Part shown: positions 13,574-25,340 of the stretch, in pieces
Numbering within the stretch: the first letter of the stretch is position 1
Layout: every line of letters starts with the position of its first letter
Assembly (NCBI RefSeq): GCF_055900595.2
Contig: NZ_CM148325.1
Strand: one strand, 5' to 3'
Length of the DNA stretch: 64,000 nucleotides
Notes under the pieces: model-generated
Databases searched by the model: none
What the model was told of the DNA's origin: nothing
Seen by the model: the letters and a program-made list of their open reading frames with translations, nothing else
Program-made: the position numbers and the translations under genes

Positions 13574-16500
13574 TTACTTATTTAGCGTCGCACGAATAAT
13601 TGGCCCTATTTTTTCAAACGCCATCGGCGAGATAATATCCACATGCGCGCAATCATGACGATAGATATCCAGCTCCGCAATCCATGGTGCCCAGGCCCGT
13701 TCGGGAGTCATCCCCTCCTGAAGCGTGCGTTCGGCAACAAACAGCGTCGCTTTTCCATCAAACGGAACACTATGGGCAGTGGTCAACAAGCGCACTGCAT
13801 CAGCGTAGTTGCCTTCAATGGTGGTAAACAGCTCCGTTGAAGTATTTCCCTGCTGTGCCGCCAAGAAAGCTTCACGTTCGCGGTTAATCTCCGCCAACAC
13901 TTCCGGGTCCAGACCATTAGCTTCTTTTTCCTGCCAGTTCTGCGTTTCTGGCGGCCAGGTATCCAGCAAGCCAAGAAATGCCACCTGTTCGCCACGGGCA
14001 CGCAGCCGTGCCGCAATCCCCTGCGCCAGCGTACCGCCCAGCGAATACCCCAGCAGGTAATAAGGGCCGTGCGGTTGTTGTTCAAGTAACGTTGCCAGAT
14101 GTGCTTCGCAGACTTCATCCAGGTTTGCCGCCGTCTGCATGGGGCCATGAGGGCGCGGAGACTGGATGCCAATAATCGACCATTGAGGATCGAGATAACG
14201 CGAGAGCACGCTAAACTGCCAGGCAAAACCAGATGCTGGATGGAAACAAAACAGCGTCGGGCCATTACCTTCACGCAACGGCAGGATGGTTTCAAATCCC
14301 ATGCGCTGGGTGCTGTCTTCTTCACCATCAATAACCGTTGCCAGTTTGGCGACGGTTGACGCGACCATCACCTGCCCCGGCGTCACCTGACGGGCAAACT
14401 GTCGACTAAGTTGTGCTGCCAGTTTCATTGCCAGTAGCGAATGACCGCCAAGCGCGAAGAAATCAGCGTCAGCATCCTGCACGTCACAACCCAGCAATGA
14501 CGAGAACGCCGTGGCGATAATCGTTTCACTGCCCGCTTTCGGCGCACGCCCCGACGCTTGTGCCTTCAGTTCCGGCAACGGTAAGGCTTTGCGATCCAGC
14601 TTACCGTTGGCGCTAAGTGGTAACTGCGGCAGTTGCAGCAGAACCACGGGCACCATATGCGGTGGCAATTTTTCGCGAAGCTGCGCCTGCAATGCGCTGG
14701 TATCCAGCGGCAGGCCCGATTGCGACACCAGATAGCCCACCAGTTGACGCGCATCCCCCCCGGTGGCTGCCGCCTGATTAATCACACAAGCGTGGGTAAC
14801 TGCTTGCTCGACATCCGGCAGAGCCTGCATCACGCGATCGATTTCGCCCAGTTCAATCCGCTGACCACGAATTTTTAGCTGATCATCACTACGCCCGAGA
14901 TACTCCACCGCGCCGTTATCCAGCCAGCGGGCAACATCTCCGGTACGGTACATGCGTTCACCTGGCGCGAAAGGATCGGCAATAAAGCGGCTGGCTGTCA
15001 GATCGGGTCGTCCAAGATACCCCTGCGCCAGTTGAATACCGGTGAGATAGAGATCGCCTGCCACACCCGGCGGCACCGGATGCATCATCGCATCGAGAAT
15101 GCGCAGGCCCGTGTTCCACACCGGGTAGCCAATCGGCACACTGCTGCCGCGTACCGCTGCAAGTTCAGCACCAAAGGCTGGATACCAGCTCACATCCACC
15201 GCCGCTTCCGTCGGGCCATAAAGATTATGTAACGGCGCGCCAGTTAACTGCTGCCATTCGCGACATAAATCGGCTGGTAAGGCTTCTCCACTACAGAAAA
15301 CCTGTTTCAACGTCGCGCAACTCTGGCGAGCGGTTTCCGGCGTCAACGAAGCAACAAACGCCGCCAGCATCGACGGTACAAAATGCGTGGTCGTTACGCC
15401 ATATTCAGCAAAGAATTGCTGCATAGCGAACGGATCGCGGTGCGCTTCCGGTTCAGCCATCACCAGTTTCGCCCCTGCAATAAACGGCCAGAAAAACTCC
15501 CACACCGAGACATCAAAACTGCACGGCGTTTTTTGGGCAACAACATCTTCGCCTGTGAGCGGGTAGTGGTTTTGCATCCATAACAGGCGGTTAACGATAG
15601 CCGTCTGCCCGACCATCACCCCTTTCGGCCTGCCGGTGGAACCGGAGGTAAAGATGATATAAGCCGTGTGGTGCGGTTGTGAAAGTTGCAGCGGCGCACT
15701 GCCCTGCGGTGTAAGCGGGGCGTTATAGCAAAGACTGGTTAAATTGGGGATATCGCTAAAGCGCGGCAGTTGATCATCGGTGGTGATTAACAGTGACGGA
15801 CGCGCATCTTCCAGCATCATTTTCAGGCGATCGTCCGGATAGCCCGTATCCAGCGGTAGCCAGGCCGCACCTGCTTCAACTATCGCATGTAGCGCCATAG
15901 TCAAAAAGACCGAGCGCGGTAGTGCCACCGCTACGCTGTCGCCAGGTTTAACGCCGCGCTCACGCAGCAGATTCGCCAGCGCCACCACCTGCTCGCGCAT
16001 TTCCCGATAACTGAACTGGTAACGCACATCTGCCAGTGCCGGAGCATCCGGCGTTTTTGCCGCCTGTTCTGCCACCAGCGCGCTCAGTGTGGTTTCTGGA
16101 ATCTCAACCTGAGTGGCGTTGATCTGCGCCAGCTGTGCATACTCTTCTGGCAGCAGAATATCGACATCGCCGCACAACCGCGCCGGATCCGCGGCAAACT
16201 GCGCCGTCAGCATTTTCAGCCGTTCAGCATGCTTGATTAACGTTGGCTCATCGTAACGCTGTTTATTGGCGAGGATCTCAATACTCAAATCACCGTTTTC
16301 ATCCGGGAAAAGGGCCAGTTCAAGGTCATTAACCGGACCGGTTGCCAGGGTATGGGTTTGCGCCTGTACCCCCGGAATATCTAACTGATAATCAAATACT
16401 TTAATATTGAGCACCGGACCGAACAGCGGTTCCTCTCCCGCCGCGCGCCCGCTGTCACGGACAATTTGTTCGGCATCGTAACGTTGATGACGACGCATTT

Positions 16501-17455
16501 TTTTCAGTTGTGCCGCTAGTCGTGCTGCCAGTTGCGGCAATGTTTCTTGTGCCTCAATGTGAATACCCAACGGCAACACGTTGAGCACGGGTCCGGTAGC
16601 CGTCAGCGCCGCTGAGCCCAGTCGACGCATAAAGATAAATCCGGCGGCGTAGTCCATGCGGCTGCACAATCGCCCCAGCCACAAAGCCGCCAGCGCAAGG
16701 GCTATATCGGTACGTTGTACACCTGAAAGTTGCGTAGCCAACTGGCGGAATTCCCCGCCGTTAAATTCCAGTTTCAGACGCAAAATATCTGCCGAGGCGC
16801 TGCGCCCCGGTAAAGGGGCTGGAGAAAGTGACGCGGGCGGTGGTAGTTGACGACGCTGTTCCGCCCAGAATGCCGCATCACGCTGCCAGGCTTCGCTTTC
16901 GCGGTACTGCTGGTACTCTTCCACGACATCAGCGAAAGGCGTAAACGGCGAAGCAGGCGTTGGTTCGCCACACCCCCATGCACAGTAAATGTTGGCGATC
17001 TGGCGGGTAATGACCGGGAAACTGAAGCCATCGACCAGCAAATGGTGGTAACGCTGATACCAGTACCAGCGGTTATCTGCCACCTGTATCAGTTGATGAA
17101 AAACCAGAGGTTTACCGCTATCGACGCGCAGATCTTGTTGCAAATCCGCCTGCATTAATGCCTGCGCAGTACCGTGCGGATCAATGTTGGTTCGCAGGTC
17201 GATAATTTCTGGCAGTTCGAACGTCAGCGCATCATCGACCCATTGCCAGACTTCGCCGTTATCTTCCGTAAAACGCATCCGCAGCGTATCTGCTTGCGCT
17301 AATCCGGCAACCACCGCGCGAGCCAGTAATGGCGCATCAACATCTCCGGTTAACTCAACGTAATGCGCCACGCTCCAGGCGGAGGGTAAATCCGACAGTT
17401 TTTCTGCCATCCAGATGCCGGGCTGTGCGGCAACTAAAGGTAAATGCTGGCTCAT
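13574..17455 (-). CDS. entF: Enterobactin synthase component F (NRPS: C-A-PCP-TE)
   Basis: ATG at 17453-17455 gives MSQHLPLVAAQPGIWMAEKL...; 1293 codons; adenylation, PCP (GGHSLLAM) and thioesterase (GYSLGG) motifs present. Confidence 0.9.
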   Translation of the reverse strand: MSQHLPLVAAQPGIWMAEKLSDLPSAWSVAHYVELTGDVDAPLLARAVVAGLAQADTLRMRFTEDNGEVWQWVDDALTFELPEIIDLRTNIDPHGTAQALMQADLQQDLRVDSGKPLVFHQLIQVADNRWYWYQRYHHLLVDGFSFPVITRQIANIYCAWGCGEPTPASPFTPFADVVEEYQQYRESEAWQRDAAFWAEQRRQLPPPASLSPAPLPGRSASADILRLKLEFNGGEFRQLATQLSGVQRTDIALALAALWLGRLCSRMDYAAGFIFMRRLGSAALTATGPVLNVLPLGIHIEAQETLPQLAARLAAQLKKMRRHQRYDAEQIVRDSGRAAGEEPLFGPVLNIKVFDYQLDIPGVQAQTHTLATGPVNDLELALFPDENGDLSIEILANKQRYDEPTLIKHAERLKMLTAQFAADPARLCGDVDILLPEEYAQLAQINATQVEIPETTLSALVAEQAAKTPDAPALADVRYQFSYREMREQVVALANLLRERGVKPGDSVAVALPRSVFLTMALHAIVEAGAAWLPLDTGYPDDRLKMMLEDARPSLLITTDDQLPRFSDIPNLTSLCYNAPLTPQGSAPLQLSQPHHTAYIIFTSGSTGRPKGVMVGQTAIVNRLLWMQNHYPLTGEDVVAQKTPCSFDVSVWEFFWPFIAGAKLVMAEPEAHRDPFAMQQFFAEYGVTTTHFVPSMLAAFVASLTPETARQSCATLKQVFCSGEALPADLCREWQQLTGAPLHNLYGPTEAAVDVSWYPAFGAELAAVRGSSVPIGYPVWNTGLRILDAMMHPVPPGVAGDLYLTGIQLAQGYLGRPDLTASRFIADPFAPGERMYRTGDVARWLDNGAVEYLGRSDDQLKIRGQRIELGEIDRVMQALPDVEQAVTHACVINQAAATGGDARQLVGYLVSQSGLPLDTSALQAQLREKLPPHMVPVVLLQLPQLPLSANGKLDRKALPLPELKAQASGRAPKAGSETIIATAFSSLLGCDVQDADADFFALGGHSLLAMKLAAQLSRQFARQVTPGQVMVASTVAKLATVIDGEEDSTQRMGFETILPLREGNGPTLFCFHPASGFAWQFSVLSRYLDPQWSIIGIQSPRPHGPMQTAANLDEVCEAHLATLLEQQPHGPYYLLGYSLGGTLAQGIAARLRARGEQVAFLGLLDTWPPETQNWQEKEANGLDPEVLAEINREREAFLAAQQGNTSTELFTTIEGNYADAVRLLTTAHSVPFDGKATLFVAERTLQEGMTPERAWAPWIAELDIYRHDCAHVDIISPMAFEKIGPIIRATLNK

Positions 17456-17670
17456 TGCGCCTCCTGCTGCTGGATGAAATTCGCCGGTGTCAGAGTACGC
17501 CAGTGGGCGTCCAGCCACTGCTGGCAGGACGCCTGTGACTGCGGCTGACACACAACATCCCAGCCTGCCGGTAAGGCGCACTGTTGCGGCCACAGACTGA
17601 ATTGCCCCTGCGCATTGCGTAAAATGTAAAACACGCCCTGCGGATCATCGAAGGGATTACTGAATGCCAT
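17452..17670 (-). CDS. ybdZ: MbtH-like protein
   Basis: 72-aa MAFSNPFDDPQGVFYILRNAQGQFSLWP... ; 4-nt overlap with the entF start. Confidence 0.85.
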   Translation of the reverse strand: MAFSNPFDDPQGVFYILRNAQGQFSLWPQQCALPAGWDVVCQPQSQASCQQWLDAHWRTLTPANFIQQQEAQ

Positions 17671-17672
17671 AT

Positions 17673-18875
17673 TCAACTCCTGTCATGGAAAAGTGGTTGC
17701 CAGAGGTCGATTAGCCCCTGCATCAAGCCACCGCGCCAACAAAGCGCATCATGTCCGCCGTCAACCTGACGCCAGAAAATGGATTCTTTTAGGGGGGGTA
17801 ATTGCGCATACAGCGCCTGATTGGCCCGCATAATCATCGGCTCGCGAAGACCCGCTTCCAGCACAATGCGCAGACCTTCGGCGCTAACTTCACCAGCTTT
17901 GAGCTGTTCAAGTAACATGCCCTCTTGCTGACCGCTCCGGTGCGGCCACCAGTACGATCCCGACTGGCTTAATACACAGCCAAAGCGTTCAGGCCAGTGC
18001 AGTCCGGCATACAGCGCGGAAAGCCCACCAAAACTCTGCCCGGCGACCACAGTACGATCGGCGCGATCGCTAAAGGGGGCGATAGTTTTCACCTGGGGTA
18101 ATAACTCTTGCTGTACTGCCAGCCAGAAATCCGCATTACATGGCAGTTCGTGGGCACGTTGCGTGGTGTCGATAGCGTCGATCAACACGTACACGGCGGG
18201 AGGAAGTTGCTGACGATGGGTCAACGAAGTCAGCGCAGGCCAGACGGGCATACTCTGCGCCCAAAATTCGCCATCAAGTAAAACTGCCAGCGGACGTTCT
18301 TCTGCTGTTGCATCGCCGGTGGTAAAAATCCATACACGGCGTGAATTTTTCAACCGTTCACTTTTCCAGATAATTTCTTTGGCAGGCGTTTCTGGCGCTT
18401 GCGGACAATCCCATCCTGGTTGCAGGGGCGCTTGCGGCATTTCGAGTGCAGAAACAGCGTGCCCTCGCCCGCCTTTCCAGCTTTGTGGATTCAGCGGATC
18501 GGCTATCGCCAGGGGTAATAGTTTTCGCCAGCCTTCGCGCAATTCGAGGCGATCAGGTGATGGAGCAGAAAAAATGTCATCACGTTCGGTAGGAATAAAA
18601 CAGTAGCTGCCGCGCCAGTTGGCATTGAGTTGTGTCGTCCACTGCCAGACATCGGTCCCTGCAATTCGCTGCATCGACTGGGGCTGGCTGTTCTGATGGT
18701 GATCGGTCACGCCAGTGATATAGACCCATACGCGCTTTATCGTCGAGTGGTCTTCAGAACCTTGTGGATCACGCCACCAGAAAGTGACCTGATACATTTC
18801 GTCATTCAGACGCTGACATTCCGGGCCATGTTTCGACTGCCACCAGCTCTCACTTCCTACTTTTAACGCCGTCAC
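17673..18875 (-). CDS. fes: Enterochelin (ferric enterobactin) esterase
   Basis: 400-aa ORF MTALKVGSESWWQSKHGPE... with a GTG start at 18875; esterase GQSFGG serine motif. Confidence 0.9.
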   Translation of the reverse strand: MTALKVGSESWWQSKHGPECQRLNDEMYQVTFWWRDPQGSEDHSTIKRVWVYITGVTDHHQNSQPQSMQRIAGTDVWQWTTQLNANWRGSYCFIPTERDDIFSAPSPDRLELREGWRKLLPLAIADPLNPQSWKGGRGHAVSALEMPQAPLQPGWDCPQAPETPAKEIIWKSERLKNSRRVWIFTTGDATAEERPLAVLLDGEFWAQSMPVWPALTSLTHRQQLPPAVYVLIDAIDTTQRAHELPCNADFWLAVQQELLPQVKTIAPFSDRADRTVVAGQSFGGLSALYAGLHWPERFGCVLSQSGSYWWPHRSGQQEGMLLEQLKAGEVSAEGLRIVLEAGLREPMIMRANQALYAQLPPLKESIFWRQVDGGHDALCWRGGLMQGLIDLWQPLFHDRS

Positions 18876-18925
18876 ACCATAACCCCATGTTTACTGTGCA
18901 ATTTTTCATTGATTGCAGAAATATA

Positions 18926-18958
18926 TTGATAATATTATTGATAACTATTTGCATTTGC
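18926..18958. promoter_or_regulatory. Putative overlapping Fur boxes in the divergent fes / fepA promoter region
   Basis: TTGATAATATTATTGATAACTATTTGCATTTGC contains tandem GATAAT-type hexamers. Confidence 0.5.
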
Positions 18959-19117
18959 AATAGCGTAATGGCGCGCCGTGGGAAGCGCGGACATTAATTA
19001 ACCAACTGCACTGCGTGTCTTTCAGGATCAAAGGTTTTCGCGGTAGCGGGATACGTCGTATTGATGACGACTACGCCCGACAGTTGCAATTCGTGGCAAA
19101 AATGCAGGAATAAAACA

Positions 19118-21358
19118 ATGAACAAGAAGATTCATTCCCTGGCCTTGTTGGTCAATCTGGGGATTTATGGGGTAGCGCAGGCACAAGAGCCAACCGATAC
19201 TCCTGTTTCACATGACGATACTATTGTCGTTACCGCCGCCGAGCAGAACTTGCAGGCGCCAGGCGTTTCGACCATCACCGCAGATGAAATCCGCAAAAAC
19301 CCGGTTGCCCGCGATGTATCGGAGATCATTCGTACCATGCCTGGCGTTAACCTGACAGGTAACTCCACTAGTGGTCAGCGTGGTAATAACCGCCAGATTG
19401 ATATTCGCGGCATGGGTCCGGAAAACACGCTGATTTTGATTGACGGTAAGCCTGTCAGCAGCCGTAACTCGGTGCGTCAGGGCTGGCGTGGCGAGCGTGA
19501 TACCCGTGGTGATACCTCCTGGGTGCCGCCTGAAATGATTGAACGTATTGAAGTTCTGCGTGGTCCGGCAGCTGCGCGTTATGGCAACGGCGCGGCGGGC
19601 GGCGTGGTTAACATCATTACCAAAAAAGGCAGCGGCGAGTGGCACGGCTCCTGGGATGCTTATTTCAATGCGCCAGAGCATAAAGAGGAAGGTGCCACCA
19701 AACGCACCAATTTCAGCTTGACCGGTCCGCTGGGCGACCAATTCAGCTTCCGTTTATATGGCAACCTCGACAAAACTCAGGCTGATGCGTGGGATATTAA
19801 CCAGGGCCATCAGTCAGCGCGTGCCGGAACGTATGCCACGACGTTACCAGCCGGGCGCGAAGGGGTGATCAACAAAGATATCAATGGCGTGGTGCGTTGG
19901 GACTTCGCCCCTATGCAATCACTCGAACTTGAAGCGGGCTACAGCCGCCAGGGTAACCTGTATGCGGGTGACACCCAGAACACCAACTCTGACGCTTACA
20001 CTCGCTCTAAATATGGCGATGAAACCAACCGCCTGTATCGCCAGAACTACTCGCTGACCTGGAACGGTGGCTGGGATAACGGCGTGACCACCAGCAATTG
20101 GGTGCAGTACGAACACACCCGTAACTCGCGTATACCGGAAGGTTTGGCGGGCGGCACCGAAGGGAAATTTAACGAAAAAGCGACACAAGATTTCGTCGAT
20201 ATCGATCTTGATGACGTGATGTTGCACAGCGAAGTTAACCTGCCGATTGATTTCCTCGTTAACCAGACGCTGACGCTGGGGACTGAGTGGAATCAGCAGC
20301 GGATGAAGGACTTAAGTTCCAACACCCAGGCGCTGACCGGAACGAATACCGGCGGTGCTATTGATGGTGTAAGTGCCACTGACCGTAGCCCATATTCAAA
20401 GGCAGAAATTTTCTCGCTATTTGCCGAAAACAACATGGAGCTGACTGACAGCACCATCGTAACGCCGGGGCTGCGTTTCGATCATCACAGCATTGTCGGC
20501 AATAACTGGAGTCCGGCGCTGAATATATCGCAAGGTTTAGGCGATGACTTCACGCTGAAAATGGGCATCGCCCGTGCTTATAAAGCGCCGAGCCTGTACC
20601 AGACTAACCCGAACTACATTCTCTACAGTAAAGGTCAGGGCTGCTATGCCAGCGCGGGCGGCTGCTATTTGCAAGGTAATGATGACCTGAAAGCGGAAAC
20701 CAGCATCAACAAAGAGATTGGTCTGGAGTTCAAACGCGACGGCTGGCTGGCGGGCGTCACCTGGTTCCGTAACGATTATCGCAATAAGATTGAAGCGGGC
20801 TATGTGGCTGTAGGGCAAAACGCAGTCGGCACCGATCTCTATCAGTGGGATAACGTGCCGAAAGCGGTGGTTGAAGGTCTGGAAGGATCGTTAAACGTAC
20901 CGGTTAGCGAAACGGTGATGTGGACCAACAACATCACTTATATGCTGAAGAGTGAAAACAAAACCACGGGCGACCGTTTGTCGATCATCCCGGAATATAC
21001 GTTGAACTCAACGCTGAGCTGGCAGGCACGGGAAGATTTGTCGATGCAAACGACCTTCACCTGGTACGGCAAGCAGCAGCCGAAGAAGTACAACTATAAA
21101 GGTCAGCCAGCGGTTGGACCGGAAACCAAAGAAATTAGCCCTTACAGCATTGTTGGCCTGAGCGCGACCTGGGATGTGACGAAGAATGTCAGTCTGACCG
21201 GCGGCGTGGACAACCTGTTCGACAAGCGTTTGTGGCGTGCGGGTAATGCCCAGACCACGGGCGATTTGGCAGGAGCCAACTATATCGCGGGTGCCGGCGC
21301 GTATACCTATAACGAGCCGGGACGTACGTGGTATATGAGCGTAAACACTCACTTCTGA
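19118..21358 (+). CDS. fepA: TonB-dependent ferric enterobactin outer-membrane receptor
   Basis: ATG at 19118 gives MNKKIHSLALLVNLGIYGVAQAQEPTDTPV...; TonB-box-like DTIVVTA; terminal aromatic F. Confidence 0.95.
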   Translation: MNKKIHSLALLVNLGIYGVAQAQEPTDTPVSHDDTIVVTAAEQNLQAPGVSTITADEIRKNPVARDVSEIIRTMPGVNLTGNSTSGQRGNNRQIDIRGMGPENTLILIDGKPVSSRNSVRQGWRGERDTRGDTSWVPPEMIERIEVLRGPAAARYGNGAAGGVVNIITKKGSGEWHGSWDAYFNAPEHKEEGATKRTNFSLTGPLGDQFSFRLYGNLDKTQADAWDINQGHQSARAGTYATTLPAGREGVINKDINGVVRWDFAPMQSLELEAGYSRQGNLYAGDTQNTNSDAYTRSKYGDETNRLYRQNYSLTWNGGWDNGVTTSNWVQYEHTRNSRIPEGLAGGTEGKFNEKATQDFVDIDLDDVMLHSEVNLPIDFLVNQTLTLGTEWNQQRMKDLSSNTQALTGTNTGGAIDGVSATDRSPYSKAEIFSLFAENNMELTDSTIVTPGLRFDHHSIVGNNWSPALNISQGLGDDFTLKMGIARAYKAPSLYQTNPNYILYSKGQGCYASAGGCYLQGNDDLKAETSINKEIGLEFKRDGWLAGVTWFRNDYRNKIEAGYVAVGQNAVGTDLYQWDNVPKAVVEGLEGSLNVPVSETVMWTNNITYMLKSENKTTGDRLSIIPEYTLNSTLSWQAREDLSMQTTFTWYGKQQPKKYNYKGQPAVGPETKEISPYSIVGLSATWDVTKNVSLTGGVDNLFDKRLWRAGNAQTTGDLAGANYIAGAGAYTYNEPGRTWYMSVNTHF

Positions 21359-21397
21359 TGCTAACGTCAGATTGTTGACAAAGTGCGCGTCGTTCAT

Positions 21398-21495
21398 GCC
21401 GGATGCGGCGTGAACGCCTTATCCGGCCTACAAAAATCTTGCCAATTCAATATATTGCAGGATAGTGTAGGCCTGATAAGCGTAGCGCATCAGGC
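21398..21495. repeat. REP / BIME-type palindromic repeats between fepA and entD
   Basis: GCCGGATGCGGCGTGAACGCCTTATCCGGCCTAC and inverted partner GTAGGCCTGATAAGCGTAGCGCATCAGGC. Confidence 0.6.
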
Positions 21496-21532
21496 AGTTT
21501 TGCGTTTGTCATCAGTCTCTAATATGGTCGAC

Positions 21533-22153
21533 ATGAAAACTACGCATACCTCCCTCCCCTTTGCAGGACATACGCTGCATTTTGTTGAGTTCGATCCAGT
21601 GAGTTTTCGCGAGCAGGATTTACTCTGGCTGCCACACTACGCACAACTGCAACACGCTGGACGTAAACGTAAAACAGAGCATTTAGCCGGACGGATCGCT
21701 GCTGTTTACGCCTTGCGGGAATATGGCTATAAATGTGTGCCCGCAATCGGCGAGCTACGCCAACCTGTGTGGCCTGCGGAGGTATACGGCAGTATTAGCC
21801 ACTGCGGGACTACGGCATTAGCCGTGGTATCTCGTCAACCGATTGGCATTGATATCGAAGAGATTTTCTCTGTACAAACCGCAAGAGAATTGACAGACAA
21901 CATTATTACACCAGCAGAACACGAGCGACTCGCAGAATGCGGTTTAACCTTTTCTCTGGCGCTGACACTGGCATTTTCCGCCAAAGAGAGCGCATTTAAG
22001 GCAAGCAAGATACAGGCCGCTCAAGGTTTTCTGGATTATCAGATAATTAGCTGGAATAAACAGCAGATCATCATTCGACTAGAGGATGAGCAGTTTGCTG
22101 TGCACTGGCAGATAAAAGAAAAAATAGTCATAACGCTGTGCCAACACGATTAA
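21533..22153 (+). CDS. entD: 4'-phosphopantetheinyl transferase
   Basis: ATG at 21533 gives MKTTHTSLPFAGHTLHFVEFDPVSF... (206 aa); the longer ORF from 21383 is an upstream extension. Confidence 0.9.
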   Translation: MKTTHTSLPFAGHTLHFVEFDPVSFREQDLLWLPHYAQLQHAGRKRKTEHLAGRIAAVYALREYGYKCVPAIGELRQPVWPAEVYGSISHCGTTALAVVSRQPIGIDIEEIFSVQTARELTDNIITPAEHERLAECGLTFSLALTLAFSAKESAFKASKIQAAQGFLDYQIISWNKQQIIIRLEDEQFAVHWQIKEKIVITLCQHD

Positions 22154-22274
22154 TTGACAACATCTGGTACGATTCGCCCGCAGCCATCACTGACCACGGG
22201 CGAAAGTGTAAAGCAGGTGCCTTACCATCCTGACCTGACAACCGGATATGCGGGGATTGCTCCCCGCACAACGG

Positions 22275-22427
22275 CTACTTCTTCGGTTCGTAAGCGAGAA
22301 CAGCCTTAAACTCAATATTACGTTCCTTTACGGTAAACTCACACAGCGAGTCGCCGACCAGAAGCGTAAATCCCAGCACTGTCAAACATAGCACTATGAC
22401 CGCCACAAGGGCATATTTCGTCAGCAT
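22275..22427 (-). CDS. hokE: Hok-family type I toxin, copy A (HokE-like)
   Basis: 50-aa [50 protein letters not shown]; an upstream in-frame extension (ORF to 22571) may correspond to a mok-like leader frame. Confidence 0.8.
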   Translation of the reverse strand: MLTKYALVAVIVLCLTVLGFTLLVGDSLCEFTVKERNIEFKAVLAYEPKK

Positions 22428-22776
22428 GTTTATATTGCCTCCATGCGAAGAAGGGACTACCATCCAAATTGTCTGGTTTGGAGTGGCGGCCCCAGGGTTG
22501 ATAGAAATATCTCCTGGGGCTTCATCTTTCCAGACCTCAGAGTAAACCTGAAACCGGAAAGCTTCAGGCACCCGCCGTTATCTTACCCTTCCTTAGCAAA
22601 ATAGCTGTTTATTTATACAGTAAATCCTGTTCCGGACTTTTCATTGGTATTATCGCCCATGCCAGTTAAACGAAATCGCCCGCAGCCATTGCTGACCGCG
22701 GGCGAAAATGTAAAGCAGGTGCCTTACCATCCTGACCTGACAACCGGATATGCGGGGATTACTCCCCGCACAGCGG

Positions 22777-22929
22777 CTACTTCTTCGGTTCGTAAGCGAG
22801 AACAGCCTTAAACTCAATATTACGTTCCTTCACCGTAAACTCACACAGCGAGTCTCCGACCAGAAGCGTAAATCCCAGCACCGTCAAACACTGCACTATG
22901 ACTGCCACAAGGGCATATTTCGTCAGCAT
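22777..22929 (-). CDS. Hok-family type I toxin, copy B (variant with L13Q in the transmembrane segment)
   Basis: [20 protein letters not shown]...; differs from copy A by adjacent substitutions (CTA to CAG codon). Confidence 0.75.
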   Translation of the reverse strand: MLTKYALVAVIVQCLTVLGFTLLVGDSLCEFTVKERNIEFKAVLAYEPKK

Positions 22930-23371
22930 GTTTATATTGCCTCCATGCGAAGAAGGGACTACCATCCAAATTGTTCGGGTTTGGAGTGGCAGCCCCAGGG
23001 TTGATAGAAATATCTCCTGGGGCTTCATCTTTCCAGACCTCAGAGTAAACCTGAAACCGGAAAGCTTCAGGCACCCGCAGTCATCTTACCCTTCCTTAGC
23101 AAAATAGCTGTTTATTTATACAGTTGGTCTTATTTCGGACTTCTCACTACGCATTAGATCAACCGAAACTAAGCCAGTTTTTCCTTCGCCCCTCAATCAT
23201 CAAAATTCTCCGCCGCCAGCCAGCTCTGCCATAACTTGGCACATTGCAAAAGTAGCCAAACTTCTTCAGTCACAATCAGTTCACCATCACCAAAAAAAAG
23301 AAACATTCCAGAACTTCCGCATCTCCCCCGGCCGCTCCCACTTCTATACTGAAATGAAAACGCCAACATAA

Positions 23372-24499
<1,128 letters not shown>

Positions 24500-24564
24500 G
24501 TCGGGAATTGCCTTACAGAAGAATATCCCTGACAATGGTGTTTTAACTTACATTTAACAATGTT

Positions 24565-24813
24565 ATGAAACACCCTTTAGAAACCTTAACCACCGCAGCA
24601 GGCATTTTGCTGATGGCTTTCCTTTCTTGCCTGCTGCTGCCCGCCCCCGCACTGGGACTGACGCTGGCACAAAAACTGGTGACCACGTTCCATCTGATGG
24701 ATCTTAGCCAGCTTTACACTTTATTGTTTTGCCTGTGGTTTTTAGTGCTGGGCGCAATTGAGTATTTTGTTCTGCGCTTTATCTGGCGACGCTGGTTCTC
24801 GCTGGCGGATTAA
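24565..24813 (+). CDS. ybdJ: Small inner-membrane protein of unknown function
   Basis: 82-aa ORF with two hydrophobic segments; K-12 gene order. Confidence 0.8.
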   Translation: MKHPLETLTTAAGILLMAFLSCLLLPAPALGLTLAQKLVTTFHLMDLSQLYTLLFCLWFLVLGAIEYFVLRFIWRRWFSLAD

Positions 24814-24877
24814 ACGTCGATTATCGCCGTACTTCACGGCATACTTTGCTTATTCTCCTTCGCCTAAAGGAACGTTT

Positions 24878-25246
24878 ATGGATAAGCAATCACTGCACGA
24901 AACGGCGAAACGCCTGGCCCTTGAGTTACCCTTTGTCGAGCTTTGCTGGCCTTTTGGCCCGGAGTTCGATGTTTTTAAAATTGGCGGCAAGATTTTTATG
25001 CTATCGTCGGAGCTGCGCGGCGTCCCCTTTATCAATTTGAAGTCCGATCCACAAAAATCCCTGTTAAATCAGCAGATATACCCGAGCATTAAGCCAGGAT
25101 ATCACATGAATAAAAAGCACTGGATTTCAGTGTATCCCGGCGAGGAAATCTCCGAAGCGTTACTTAGCGATCTGATCAACGATTCGTGGAATCTGGTGGT
25201 TGATGGCTTATCTAAACGCGATCAAAAAAGAGTGCGCCCAGAGTAA
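24878..25246 (+). CDS. ybdF: Protein of unknown function
   Basis: ATG at 24878 gives [26 protein letters not shown]... (122 aa). Confidence 0.8.
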   Translation: MDKQSLHETAKRLALELPFVELCWPFGPEFDVFKIGGKIFMLSSELRGVPFINLKSDPQKSLLNQQIYPSIKPGYHMNKKHWISVYPGEEISEALLSDLINDSWNLVVDGLSKRDQKRVRPE

Positions 25247-25340
25247 AAGCGAAAATCTATAGCGCATTTTTCTCGCTTACCATTTCTCGTTGAACCTTGT
25301 AATCTGCTGGCACGCAAAATTACTTACACATGGAGTCTTT

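Larger units (their letters stand above)
22174..23123. repeat. Tandem direct duplication (2 x about 502 bp) of a hok/sok-type toxin-antisense locus
   Basis: Unit beginning TCGCCCGCAGCCAT recurs at 22174 and 22676 with few mismatches; each unit contains a Hok ORF; similarity decays after about 23120. Confidence 0.8.

Noticed and set aside
13643-17538. Numerous ORFs of 60-182 aa on both strands inside entF
   Set aside because: All are internal or antisense to the single continuous NRPS frame.
22275-22571. 98-aa in-frame extension upstream of Hok copy A as a separate protein
   Set aside because: It may correspond to a mok-like leader frame, but canonical mok overlaps hok in a different frame as I recall, so only the 50-aa Hok core is called.
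22183-23130. IS186 insertion next to hokE, as in E. coli K-12
   Set aside because: No transposase-sized ORF or IS terminal repeats are present; the region is a tandem duplication of the hok locus.
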